64,000 nt of DNA from assembly GCA_046593875.1 (NCBI GenBank), contig JBKJQQ010000241.1, positions 18,455 to 82,454 on the forward strand, in the 5' to 3' direction. Below the pieces are notes generated by a model, which made no database searches, was not told where the DNA came from, and was given only the letters and a program-made list of their open reading frames with translations. This document shows, piece after piece, positions 53,968 through 62,026 of this stretch (the stretch's first letter is position 1; every line of letters begins with the position of its first letter). Position numbers and translations under genes: made by a program. The stretch comes from Mycobacteriales bacterium. Lineage in GTDB: Bacteria; Actinomycetota; Actinomycetes; Mycobacteriales; SCTD01.

Positions 53968-53999
53968 CTGTCTCTCAATGTGTCACAACATCTTGACAG
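53968..53999. promoter_or_regulatory. candidate operator CTGTC-N22-GACAG in the TetR / ABC divergent region
   Basis: Direct reading: ctgtc tctcaatgtgtcacaacatctt gacag. The same arms with identical 22-nt spacing recur at 63787..63818. Confidence 0.3.
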
Positions 54000-54065
54000 C
54001 GGCGCCGAAAGTACTGACAGTGACTCTGCAGATAGTGGTTCGCCTCACAGGACAGAAGGACCCAC

Positions 54066-55787
54066 GTGCCGTACCGCCGCTACGCCCCCGCCTGGTTGCT
54101 GGCCTCGACCCTGCTCCTGCTCGTGGCGATCGCCCCGTCGCGGGGCGCGCAGCAGAGCGCCGGGTCCTCGTTCGCGCCCTTCGACGCCACTTCCGGTGCG
54201 TCCTCCGTCCCGGGCGCGGCCGGTGACCCGTTCGCGCCGGGCGCGGCAGGAGCGGCTCCGGGAGCGGCTCCGGGAGCGGCCCCGGGCACGACGGCCGGCG
54301 GCGCGGCCAGCACGAGCGGCGCAACGGCGGGAGCGCCGACCGGCGCGGCCGGGAGCGCCGGAGCCGGTGGGGCACCCCGCGCAGCGCGAGGGACCGCAGC
54401 GAGCGGCGACACCAGCCACTGCCGCGACGGCAAGCAGTTCGCCCTCCCCGGCTTCATCGCCGCTCCCCCGTGCCAGCCCAAGTTCGCGGGGGGCGACAAC
54501 GGCGGCGCGACCTATCCCGGTGTCACGAAGACGGCGATCTCCGTCGTCTACTACCGGGTCAAGCAGAACGCCGCCGTGCAGGCCGCCCTGGGAAGCGCCG
54601 GGGTGCAGCCGACGCCGGGCCAACTCGACGGGTTCCTCGAGGCCGAAGCCGCCTTCATCGCCAAGCGCTACGAGCTGTGGGGACGCAAGCTCCACATCGC
54701 CGTCTACGAGAGCCCGTCCTGCCAGGCGTCTCCGCCGAGCGACGACTGCTTCCGGCAGGACGCCCGCGCGCTGATCGCCAAGCACAAGCCGTTCGCCGTC
54801 ATCTTCCCGCAGAACGGCACGGCGCCCGGGTTCCAGGACGAGCTGAGCAAGGCGGGCGTCGTGAACTTCGGCGGCCTGGGGCTGCCCGGCAGCTTCAACA
54901 CCAGCCGTCGTCCGTTCCGCTACGACCACACGATGGACGGGGACACCCAGGCAACCCTCACGGGCGAGTTCTACTGCAAGCGGCTGGCCAACGCGAAGGC
55001 GGCGTACGCCGGTGACGCCGCGCTGCGGGGACAAGCGCGCAAGGCGCTGATCCTCGTACCCGACTCGGAGTTCACCGTCGCGGCCGCGCAGCGCCTGCAG
55101 TCCGTCATCAACCGCTGCGACAGGGTCGGCGCCACCATCAAGACGTACGCACAGGACACCAGCCAGGCGGCGAGCCAGTCGACGACGCTGGCCTCGCAGG
55201 CCAAGCAGAGCGGCATCACGACGATCCTGTGGTTCACCGACCCGGTGCTGCCGATCTTCCTCACGCCGCAGATGACGTCGCAGAACTTCTTCCCCGAGAA
55301 CGTCACGGTCGGCACGAACTTCCTCGACTACGACCCACTGGCCCAGCTGTACGACCAGCGGCAGTGGGCGAACGCCTTCGGCCTCGGCAACCTCGCGGAG
55401 AGCCAGGACCCGAAGAAGCAGGACGCCTACACCGCCTACCGCGACGGGGGCGGCAGCGGCGAGCCGTACATCAGCGCCGACGGCGCGCAGGGCTACTTCA
55501 GCATTCTCGCGGCGGGCATCCAGCAGGCCGGCGCGCGCCTGGATCCCGGCACGTTCGAGCGGGGCGTCCTGACCCTGCCCGCATACGGCGGCGACCGGTT
55601 CCACAGCCGGATCGACTTCGGCCCCGGCGACTACACCGGCCAGTCGGACGCGCGCGTCACCTACTGGGACCCGAACGCGACCTCGCCGGTCAACGGGGAG
55701 CGCGGCGCGTACGTGCCTCTCGACGGCGGGAAGCGCTACGCGGTCGGCCAGTTCCCCAGGACGCCGCTCAGCGTGCCCCGCTCGTGA
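54066..55787 (+). CDS. large secreted solute-binding protein of a Liv/HAAT-type ABC importer (type 1 periplasmic binding fold)
   Basis: GTG start preceded by GAAGGA. Signal peptide, then an Ala/Gly-rich linker. The body (GVTKTAISVVYY ... AVIFPQNG ...) resembles branched-chain amino-acid/amide binding proteins. It is translationally coupled (GTGA) to the transporter gene. Confidence 0.65.
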   Translation: MPYRRYAPAWLLASTLLLLVAIAPSRGAQQSAGSSFAPFDATSGASSVPGAAGDPFAPGAAGAAPGAAPGAAPGTTAGGAASTSGATAGAPTGAAGSAGAGGAPRAARGTAASGDTSHCRDGKQFALPGFIAAPPCQPKFAGGDNGGATYPGVTKTAISVVYYRVKQNAAVQAALGSAGVQPTPGQLDGFLEAEAAFIAKRYELWGRKLHIAVYESPSCQASPPSDDCFRQDARALIAKHKPFAVIFPQNGTAPGFQDELSKAGVVNFGGLGLPGSFNTSRRPFRYDHTMDGDTQATLTGEFYCKRLANAKAAYAGDAALRGQARKALILVPDSEFTVAAAQRLQSVINRCDRVGATIKTYAQDTSQAASQSTTLASQAKQSGITTILWFTDPVLPIFLTPQMTSQNFFPENVTVGTNFLDYDPLAQLYDQRQWANAFGLGNLAESQDPKKQDAYTAYRDGGGSGEPYISADGAQGYFSILAAGIQQAGARLDPGTFERGVLTLPAYGGDRFHSRIDFGPGDYTGQSDARVTYWDPNATSPVNGERGAYVPLDGGKRYAVGQFPRTPLSVPRS

Positions 55788-58700
55788 CCGGCCTCTGGGG
55801 CCGCATCCCGGTGTGGCTGCGGCAGGTGCTCGCGGTGCCCGTCGTCCTGCTGACGGCGGAGCTGGTCTTCGGCTGGGGCTCGACCCGGCAGGTCCTGGGC
55901 GTGGTGCCCTTCCCGGCCGGCGTGCCGTTCGGCAACCTGGCCGAGGGCGCGGTCTTCGGGCTGCTCTACAGCTTGCCGGCCTTCGGCCTGATCCTGGTGC
56001 ACCGCGCGCAGCGGATCATCAACTTCTCGCAGGCCGCGCTGGGCAGCTCGGGGTCGGTCCTGGGCCTGCTGCTGGTCACGCAGAGCGGGCTGCCGTACGC
56101 CGTCGGGCTCGTCGCAGCCCTGGCCACGGGCGCGCTTCTCGGCGGGCTGACCCAGCGCCTGGTCATGAAGCGTTTCGAGGCCCGGTCTCGGCTCATCATG
56201 ACCGTCGCCACGATCGGCATCGGCCAGATCCTTGTCGTCGGCAGCGTGGTGCTGCCCAAGCTGTTCGGCAGCTCGATCCTCGGCTCGAGCCAGCTGCCCA
56301 CGCCGTTCGACGGTCTGCGCTTCTCGATCGGGCAGGTCGTCCTGAACGGCAACTACCTCGCGATCCTCGTGGTGACGGCGCTGACGGTCACCGGACTCAG
56401 CCTGTTCTTCCGCCTCACCCGCACCGGTCTCGCCGTCCGCGTCAGCGCCGAGAACGCCGACCGGGCACGGCTGCTCGGCGTCGACGTCGCGCGTACGGCC
56501 ACGCTCGTCTGGGTGCTCGCGGGGCTGCTGTCGGCGGCGTCGACCTTCCTGCGGGTGCCGGTCGTCGGTCAGGCCGCCGGCGCAGACATCGACCCGGCGC
56601 TGCTGCTCTTCCCACTGGCGGCGGCCGTCATCGCCCGCTTCGACTCGCTGCCCCACGCGCTCGTCGCGGGGATCGGGCTCGGAGTCATGGACCGGGCCGC
56701 CTTCTACGCCACTGGCAACCCGAACCTGCCGGTCGCGCTGGTGCTGCCGGTGCTGCTCGTGGCGCTGCTGCGCAGCGGCGCCGTCTCCCGCGCCTTCGAC
56801 ACCGGCATCACGAGCTTCGCCAGCGCCGCGGAGACCCGCCCGGTGGCCGCGGCGCTGCGCCGGCTGCCGGAGGTCGTCTGGGGCACCCGCGTGCTCCGAG
56901 CCGCAGCGCTGGCCGCAGCCGTCGGGGCGCCCCTGGTGGTGTCGCCGGGCCGGCTCGGCTTCCTGACCCTGATCGTGTTGGCGGCGATGATCGCGCTGTC
57001 GCTGACCGTGCTCACCGGCTGGGCGGGGCAGGTCTCGCTTGGGCAGTTCGGGATCGCCGGCATCGGCGCCGCGGTCGCCGGCGGCCTCGCCACCAACGCG
57101 AACGCCGACTTCTTCGTGACCCTGGTGGCCGCCGTTCTCGCCGGCGTCGTGGTCGCGACCGCGATCGGCATCCCCGCGCTCCGCCTACCCGGGCTGTTCC
57201 TGGCGGTGGTGACGCTGGCGCTGGCCGCCGTCGTGGAGCGGGTGGTTCTGGACCGCAGGTACTTCGGCTGGCTGCTGCCCTCCGAAGGGGAGGCGATCGT
57301 CCGGCCGGTCCTCTTCGGCCGCGTCGACGTCAGCAGCGACGGTGCGTTCTACCTCGTGTGCCTGACCGCTCTGGTCCTGTGCATGACCGCGGTGCGGCGC
57401 GTCCGCAGCACCCGGTCCGGCCGCGTCTACGTCGCGCAGCGCGACAACGTCCGCGCGGCGCAGGCGCTGGGCGTGGACGCGACGCGCTCGAAGCTGGCCG
57501 CATTCGCGCTGTCGGGCGCCGTCGCGGCCCTCGCCGGTGCGCTGTACGCCTACCAGGTCGGCGCGCTCAGCCCGACCACGTTCTCGCTGCAGCGCAGCGT
57601 CGACGTCTTCGTCTTCGCCATCGTGGGAGGCATTGCCAGCCCGTACGGCGCAGTGGCCGGGGCCGTCATCTACCAGAGCCTGCGCTTCTTCGGGACCTCC
57701 ATCTTCGGCTTCCTCGGCTACGTCGGGCTGGACGGCCTGATCGACGTCGCGGACCAGATCGCCTTGTCCGCGGGGGTTCTGGTGGTGCTGGCGTTCTTCC
57801 CCGGCGGCCTGGCCGCGGGCGGCACGGCCCTGCGGGACGGGCTGCTGCGACGCCTCGCCGCGCGGCGCGAGCTGGTCGCGATCCCGGCCGCCGACGGGGC
57901 GGAGCCGACGGAGGCAGTCCAGCAGGTGCACGCGGACGACCCGCCGGAGGACGCGCTGCTGGTGTGCCGCGGCGTCGAGGTGGGCTACGACGGGGTGCGC
58001 GTGCTGTTCGGCGTCGACGTGCACGTGCGGCGCGGCGAGGTGCTCGCGCTACTGGGCACCAACGGCGCGGGCAAGTCCACGCTGCTGCGTGCCATCAGCG
58101 GGCTGTCCGCCGCGAGCAGCGGCACGGTGGTCTACGCCGGTCGCGACATCACCGGGACGTCGGCCCGCGAGCGGGTCGCGAGCGGCATCGTGCAGGTGCC
58201 GGGTGGCAAGGGTGTCTTCCCGACCGTCACCGTCGCCGACCACTTCCGCGCCGCCCGCTGGATGCTGAGCGGCGAGGAGGCACACGCCCGGGCCGACGCG
58301 GCGCAGGCCCAGGTGCTCGAGTGGTTCCCGCAGCTCGCCCAGCGCTGGGACGGCCTGGCCGGGAACCTGTCGGGCGGCGAGGCGCAGCAGCTCGCGGTCG
58401 GCATGGCCTTCATCGCCGAGCCGGAGCTGCTCATCATCGACGAGCTGTCCCTGGGGCTCTCGCCGGCCATCGTCGAGCAGCTGCTCGAGGTGGTCCGACA
58501 GGTGAACGCCCGCGGCACCTCGATCATCGTGGTCGAGCAGTCGGTCAACGTCGCGCTGACGATCGCCGACCGGGCGTACTTCCTGGAGAAGGGGCAGGTG
58601 CGCTACTCCGGCCCGACCGCCGACCTGCTCGAGCGCGGTGACATCCTGCGATCGGTCTTCCTCGAGGGGGCGGCGATCGCCGCCACGCCGGCGCAGCGGC

Positions 58701-59539
58701 GGCCGGAGCCCGAGGCCGTCGACGCTGCGCCCGCGCTGTCGGTGCGCGGGCTGTCGGTCGCGTTCGGCGGCGTGCGCGCCGTCAGCTCGGTGAGCTTCGA
58801 CCTCGCCCCCCGCGAGATCCTCGGCCTGATCGGCCCGAACGGTGCCGGCAAGACCACCGTCTTCGACCTGGTCAGTGGCTTTCTCGTACCGAGCTCCGGC
58901 ACAGTCCGCTTCCAGGGCCGGGACGTCACAGGGCTCGGGGCAGCGGCGCGCGGCAACCTGGGGCTGGGCCGCTCCTTCCAGGACGCCCGGATCTTCTCGA
59001 GCATGACGGTGGCGGAGAACATCGCGGTCGCGCTCGAGCGCCACCTCGAGGTCCGTGACCACCTCGCCGCGGCGCTGTGCCTGCCGGACGTGCTGGAGGT
59101 GGAGCGACACATCGCGTGGACCGTGGCCGACCTGGTGGAGCTGCTCAACCTCGGTGACCACCGCGACCGACTGGTCCGGGAGCTGTCGACCGGAACCCGG
59201 CGGATCGCCGACCTCGCGATGGCGCTGGCGTACGACCCCGCGGTCCTGCTGCTGGACGAGCCCAGCAGTGGCATCTCGCAGAAGGAGGCCGAGGCGCTCG
59301 CCCCGCTGCTGCTACGGATTCGTGACGAGGCGCGCTGCGCGATGCTCGTCATCGAGCACGACATGCCGATGATCCGGGCAGTCAGCGACCGGCTGCTCGC
59401 CCTCGAGCTCGGTGCCGTCATCGCGTCGGGGCACCCCGACGAGGTGCTCTCCGACCCGCGCGTGGTGGCCGGCTACCTCGGCAGCGACGAGGCCACCATC
59501 CACCGGTCCGGCCGGCGCCTGGAAGGAGCCCCCGCATGA
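55784..59539 (+). CDS. single-polypeptide ABC importer: LivH-like permease + LivM-like permease + LivF-like ATPase + LivG-like ATPase (1251 aa)
   Basis: One uninterrupted reading frame. Two polytopic permease regions (... TGWAGQVSLGQFGIAGIGA ...). NBD1: GTNGAGKST, LSGGEAQQLAVGMA, LIIDELSLGL. NBD2: GPNGAGKTT, LSTGTRRIADLAMA, LLLDEPSSG, VIEHDM. Confidence 0.8.
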   Translation: MTGLWGRIPVWLRQVLAVPVVLLTAELVFGWGSTRQVLGVVPFPAGVPFGNLAEGAVFGLLYSLPAFGLILVHRAQRIINFSQAALGSSGSVLGLLLVTQSGLPYAVGLVAALATGALLGGLTQRLVMKRFEARSRLIMTVATIGIGQILVVGSVVLPKLFGSSILGSSQLPTPFDGLRFSIGQVVLNGNYLAILVVTALTVTGLSLFFRLTRTGLAVRVSAENADRARLLGVDVARTATLVWVLAGLLSAASTFLRVPVVGQAAGADIDPALLLFPLAAAVIARFDSLPHALVAGIGLGVMDRAAFYATGNPNLPVALVLPVLLVALLRSGAVSRAFDTGITSFASAAETRPVAAALRRLPEVVWGTRVLRAAALAAAVGAPLVVSPGRLGFLTLIVLAAMIALSLTVLTGWAGQVSLGQFGIAGIGAAVAGGLATNANADFFVTLVAAVLAGVVVATAIGIPALRLPGLFLAVVTLALAAVVERVVLDRRYFGWLLPSEGEAIVRPVLFGRVDVSSDGAFYLVCLTALVLCMTAVRRVRSTRSGRVYVAQRDNVRAAQALGVDATRSKLAAFALSGAVAALAGALYAYQVGALSPTTFSLQRSVDVFVFAIVGGIASPYGAVAGAVIYQSLRFFGTSIFGFLGYVGLDGLIDVADQIALSAGVLVVLAFFPGGLAAGGTALRDGLLRRLAARRELVAIPAADGAEPTEAVQQVHADDPPEDALLVCRGVEVGYDGVRVLFGVDVHVRRGEVLALLGTNGAGKSTLLRAISGLSAASSGTVVYAGRDITGTSARERVASGIVQVPGGKGVFPTVTVADHFRAARWMLSGEEAHARADAAQAQVLEWFPQLAQRWDGLAGNLSGGEAQQLAVGMAFIAEPELLIIDELSLGLSPAIVEQLLEVVRQVNARGTSIIVVEQSVNVALTIADRAYFLEKGQVRYSGPTADLLERGDILRSVFLEGAAIAATPAQRRPEPEAVDAAPALSVRGLSVAFGGVRAVSSVSFDLAPREILGLIGPNGAGKTTVFDLVSGFLVPSSGTVRFQGRDVTGLGAAARGNLGLGRSFQDARIFSSMTVAENIAVALERHLEVRDHLAAALCLPDVLEVERHIAWTVADLVELLNLGDHRDRLVRELSTGTRRIADLAMALAYDPAVLLLDEPSSGISQKEAEALAPLLLRIRDEARCAMLVIEHDMPMIRAVSDRLLALELGAVIASGHPDEVLSDPRVVAGYLGSDEATIHRSGRRLEGAPA

Positions 59540-60639
59540 CGTCCCGCTGGTGGTTCCCGGTCGTCATGCTTTCGAGCCTGCTTGTCGGTGCGCCCGCGTC
59601 TGCTCAGCCCGCCGTGCCCGCCACGATCGGCCCTGCGGCGACCGCCTGGTTCGATGCGGGCTATCCGACGGCCACCGCACCCAAGCCCCCGGCGCCTACC
59701 GGCGTCGGCTCCGACCAGCTGCTCGTCGAGGGGGCGACGGTCGCCACGAGCATTCTTCTCGCGCCACTGCCGGTCGCGCCGGTCGTGGCCGAGAAGGCGT
59801 TGACCGCGCTGGCCTTCCGCCTCCCGCAGGGCGCGACAGCGGCGACGCTCGTGCTCGACCTCGTGCCAGGCACCTCGACCGCGCCAGTGACCGGCAAGGC
59901 GCCGACGGGCGTCACGCCGCAGGCATGCCCTGCCACGGGGGCGTTCGAGCCCGGTGGTCAGCAGCCGTTCGACGCACTGCCGGAGCACGACTGCAGCGGC
60001 CGCACGTCCGTCGGCACGCTCAGCGGCGACGGCACCCAACTCGTCTTCGCCGACATCGGCGGGCTGGCAGTGGGTTCGACGCTCTCGGTCGTGCTCCGCC
60101 CCGGCACGCTCGGCCCCGAGCGGCTGGTGATCGACACGCCGTCGAGAGCCGCGCTGACGCTGCTGCCGTTCGACGCGGCGCCCGCCTTCGACGGCAGTGG
60201 CAAGCCGGTCGCCGCTCCCCCGGCACCGCCTGCCGGTGACCCCGTCGACACGACTCCGCGGCCCGCAGGGTCCGCCGTGGCCGTGGCCGTGGCCGTCGCC
60301 GCGCCGCTGCCGACCGTGCCCGAGACGCAGGCGGCTCCTGCGCCCGGCGTCGTACCGCCTGTCGGTCCCGGTCCTCCTGTGCCGGCGGTCGCGGTCACGC
60401 CCGGGGCGTCGAGCCAGGCGGACGACGGCGCCACGCGGGCCGCTGCTCTCGCCGGGCTGCTGCTGCTCACGGCCGTCGCCGCCTGGCTCGCCTTCACCGA
60501 CCCGCGCAGCCGGATCGGCGGGAGCTGGCGCGTGCCGCAGGCGCTGCGCGCCGGCGCGCCGGCGCCGGTGATGGTGCCCGAGCAGTGGGGCTACGGCGTC
60601 CACCGCAGCGTGCGCACCGGCCCGCCGCCCGCCCTCTGA
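59536..60639 (+). CDS. secreted, C-terminally membrane-anchored hypothetical protein coupled to the ABC gene
   Basis: ATGA overlap with the transporter stop. Signal peptide (VVMLSSLLVGAPASA), Pro/Ala-rich segments, and a C-terminal TM segment (LAGLLLLTAVAAWLAF). Confidence 0.5.
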   Translation: MTSRWWFPVVMLSSLLVGAPASAQPAVPATIGPAATAWFDAGYPTATAPKPPAPTGVGSDQLLVEGATVATSILLAPLPVAPVVAEKALTALAFRLPQGATAATLVLDLVPGTSTAPVTGKAPTGVTPQACPATGAFEPGGQQPFDALPEHDCSGRTSVGTLSGDGTQLVFADIGGLAVGSTLSVVLRPGTLGPERLVIDTPSRAALTLLPFDAAPAFDGSGKPVAAPPAPPAGDPVDTTPRPAGSAVAVAVAVAAPLPTVPETQAAPAPGVVPPVGPGPPVPAVAVTPGASSQADDGATRAAALAGLLLLTAVAAWLAFTDPRSRIGGSWRVPQALRAGAPAPVMVPEQWGYGVHRSVRTGPPPAL

Positions 60640-60666
60640 TTCCACCCCCTGGACAGGAAGGTCGTC

Positions 60667-61308
60667 ATGGAGCTGCCCGGCGTCTTCGGCTCGGTCGCGC
60701 CGTTCCTCGAGCAGTACGGCTACCTCGCCGTCGCCCTCGTGCTGCTCGTGGACAACCTCGGCATCCCGCTGCCCGGTGAGGCAGTGCTCGCCACCGGCGC
60801 GGTCCTCGCCGGCACCGGCCGGCTCGACGTCGGCCTCGTCGCGGGCGTCGCCCTGGTCGCGGCGGTGCTCGGCGGCAACGGCGGCTACGCCGTTGGGCGT
60901 TACGGCGGCCATCCGCTCGTCATGCGCCTCGGCCGTCGGGTCGGACTGACGCCGTCGCGCCTGGCCCGGGTCGAGCGCTTCTTCGAGCAGCAGGGCGTCA
61001 AGGTCGTGCTGGTGAGCCGGTTCGTGCCGCTGCTGCGCCAGTTCTACGGAGTCGTCGCCGGCACGTCCGAGATGCCCTGGTGGCGCTTCTTCTTCGCCAA
61101 CCTGGCCGGAGCGGCGCTCTGGATCGCCTTCTGGACCACCGTCGGCTACAACGCCGGCGACCACCTCGACGTGATCAGCCGCGCCATCACCGGCGGGAGT
61201 CCGGTCCTCGCCGTGGTGCTGCTGCTGCTCTGGCTGGCGCGCCGCCAGCTGCGGCGGCGTCGTACGCCCGTCGCCCCTGCCCCTTCCGCGACCAGTGCCT
61301 CGTCATGA
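60667..61308 (+). CDS. DedA (SNARE-associated) family membrane protein
   Basis: YGYLAVALVLLVDNLGIPLPGE, GRYGG, LVSRFVPLLRQF. Confidence 0.85.
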   Translation: MELPGVFGSVAPFLEQYGYLAVALVLLVDNLGIPLPGEAVLATGAVLAGTGRLDVGLVAGVALVAAVLGGNGGYAVGRYGGHPLVMRLGRRVGLTPSRLARVERFFEQQGVKVVLVSRFVPLLRQFYGVVAGTSEMPWWRFFFANLAGAALWIAFWTTVGYNAGDHLDVISRAITGGSPVLAVVLLLLWLARRQLRRRRTPVAPAPSATSASS

Positions 61309-61444
61309 TTTCCCCGAGCACCGGGCTCACGTCGCTGCAGCGCCCCGGATGCGCGCCATGCAATCGCTCTGGTCACGACGCCGTCGACACGATGGACCAG
61401 TCGGAACGATCCCTCCGCCGCTCGCAGGCGACGGGGACGCACCG

Positions 61445-62026
61445 TCAGCCCGTCGCACCCTCGAGCAGCATCGCGCCGAGCTCGTCCACCCACCGATCGT
61501 CGGCGGTGGTCACCCGGACCCGCCTGATCGTGCCCGGGAAGCGGGCAGGGGCGACGTAGTCCCCGACCGGCACCCCGCGGTCGCAGCCGACGTCGACACC
61601 GGTGTAGCCGGTCCGGGCCCGCGCCAGCAGCGGCAGCACGCCGGACGCCACCCGGCGCCCGTCGACGAGCAGCGTCACGGCACCCGCCGCACCGACCCGC
61701 CGCACCCGCAGCTCCAGGTCCGTCCAGCGCCCCACCGGCACGGCTGCCCGCGAGCGCAGCGTCGAGCGGAGCCCGGCATGGACGTAGTCGTGCCAGAGCC
61801 GCCCGTCGCGGACGTGCAGCGAGTAGCCGGCGTGCCGGTCGCCGTGCGAGATCAGGACCCCCTCAGCGGCCGGCGACGGCAGGAGGACCTCGGCGCGCAC
61901 GGCGTACGAGCAGCCGCGCACGTCCGGCGAGGCCGCATCCGGAAGCCGAGCGCGCCCGGGGTACAGCGTCCACGCGGGCACGACCTCAGCGCCGGGTGCT
62001 CTCGGGTCGACCGGACATCGGCGCAC
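61445..62026 (-). CDS. arylsulfatase C-terminal domain ORF, out of frame with the catalytic ORF (frameshifted pseudogene, sequencing error or split gene)
   Basis: WTLYPGRARLPDAASPDVRG ... GVLISHGDRHAGYSLHVRDGRLWHDYVH resembles the C-terminal region of ~780-aa actinobacterial AtsA-type sulfatases. It overlaps the upstream ORF by 41 nt in another frame. Confidence 0.55.
   Translation of the reverse strand: MRRCPVDPRAPGAEVVPAWTLYPGRARLPDAASPDVRGCSYAVRAEVLLPSPAAEGVLISHGDRHAGYSLHVRDGRLWHDYVHAGLRSTLRSRAAVPVGRWTDLELRVRRVGAAGAVTLLVDGRRVASGVLPLLARARTGYTGVDVGCDRGVPVGDYVAPARFPGTIRRVRVTTADDRWVDELGAMLLEGATG

Noticed and set aside
54015-54036. PafBC-type RecA-NDp-like promoter (tTGTCRgtg-N8-TAnnnT) upstream of the ABC binding-protein gene: TGACAGTG-ACTCTGCA-GATAGT
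   Set aside because: The spacing is right, but the conserved TGTC core reads TGAC and the -10 starts with G. The downstream genes have no link to DNA damage. It is worth a PWM score but is not convincing by eye.
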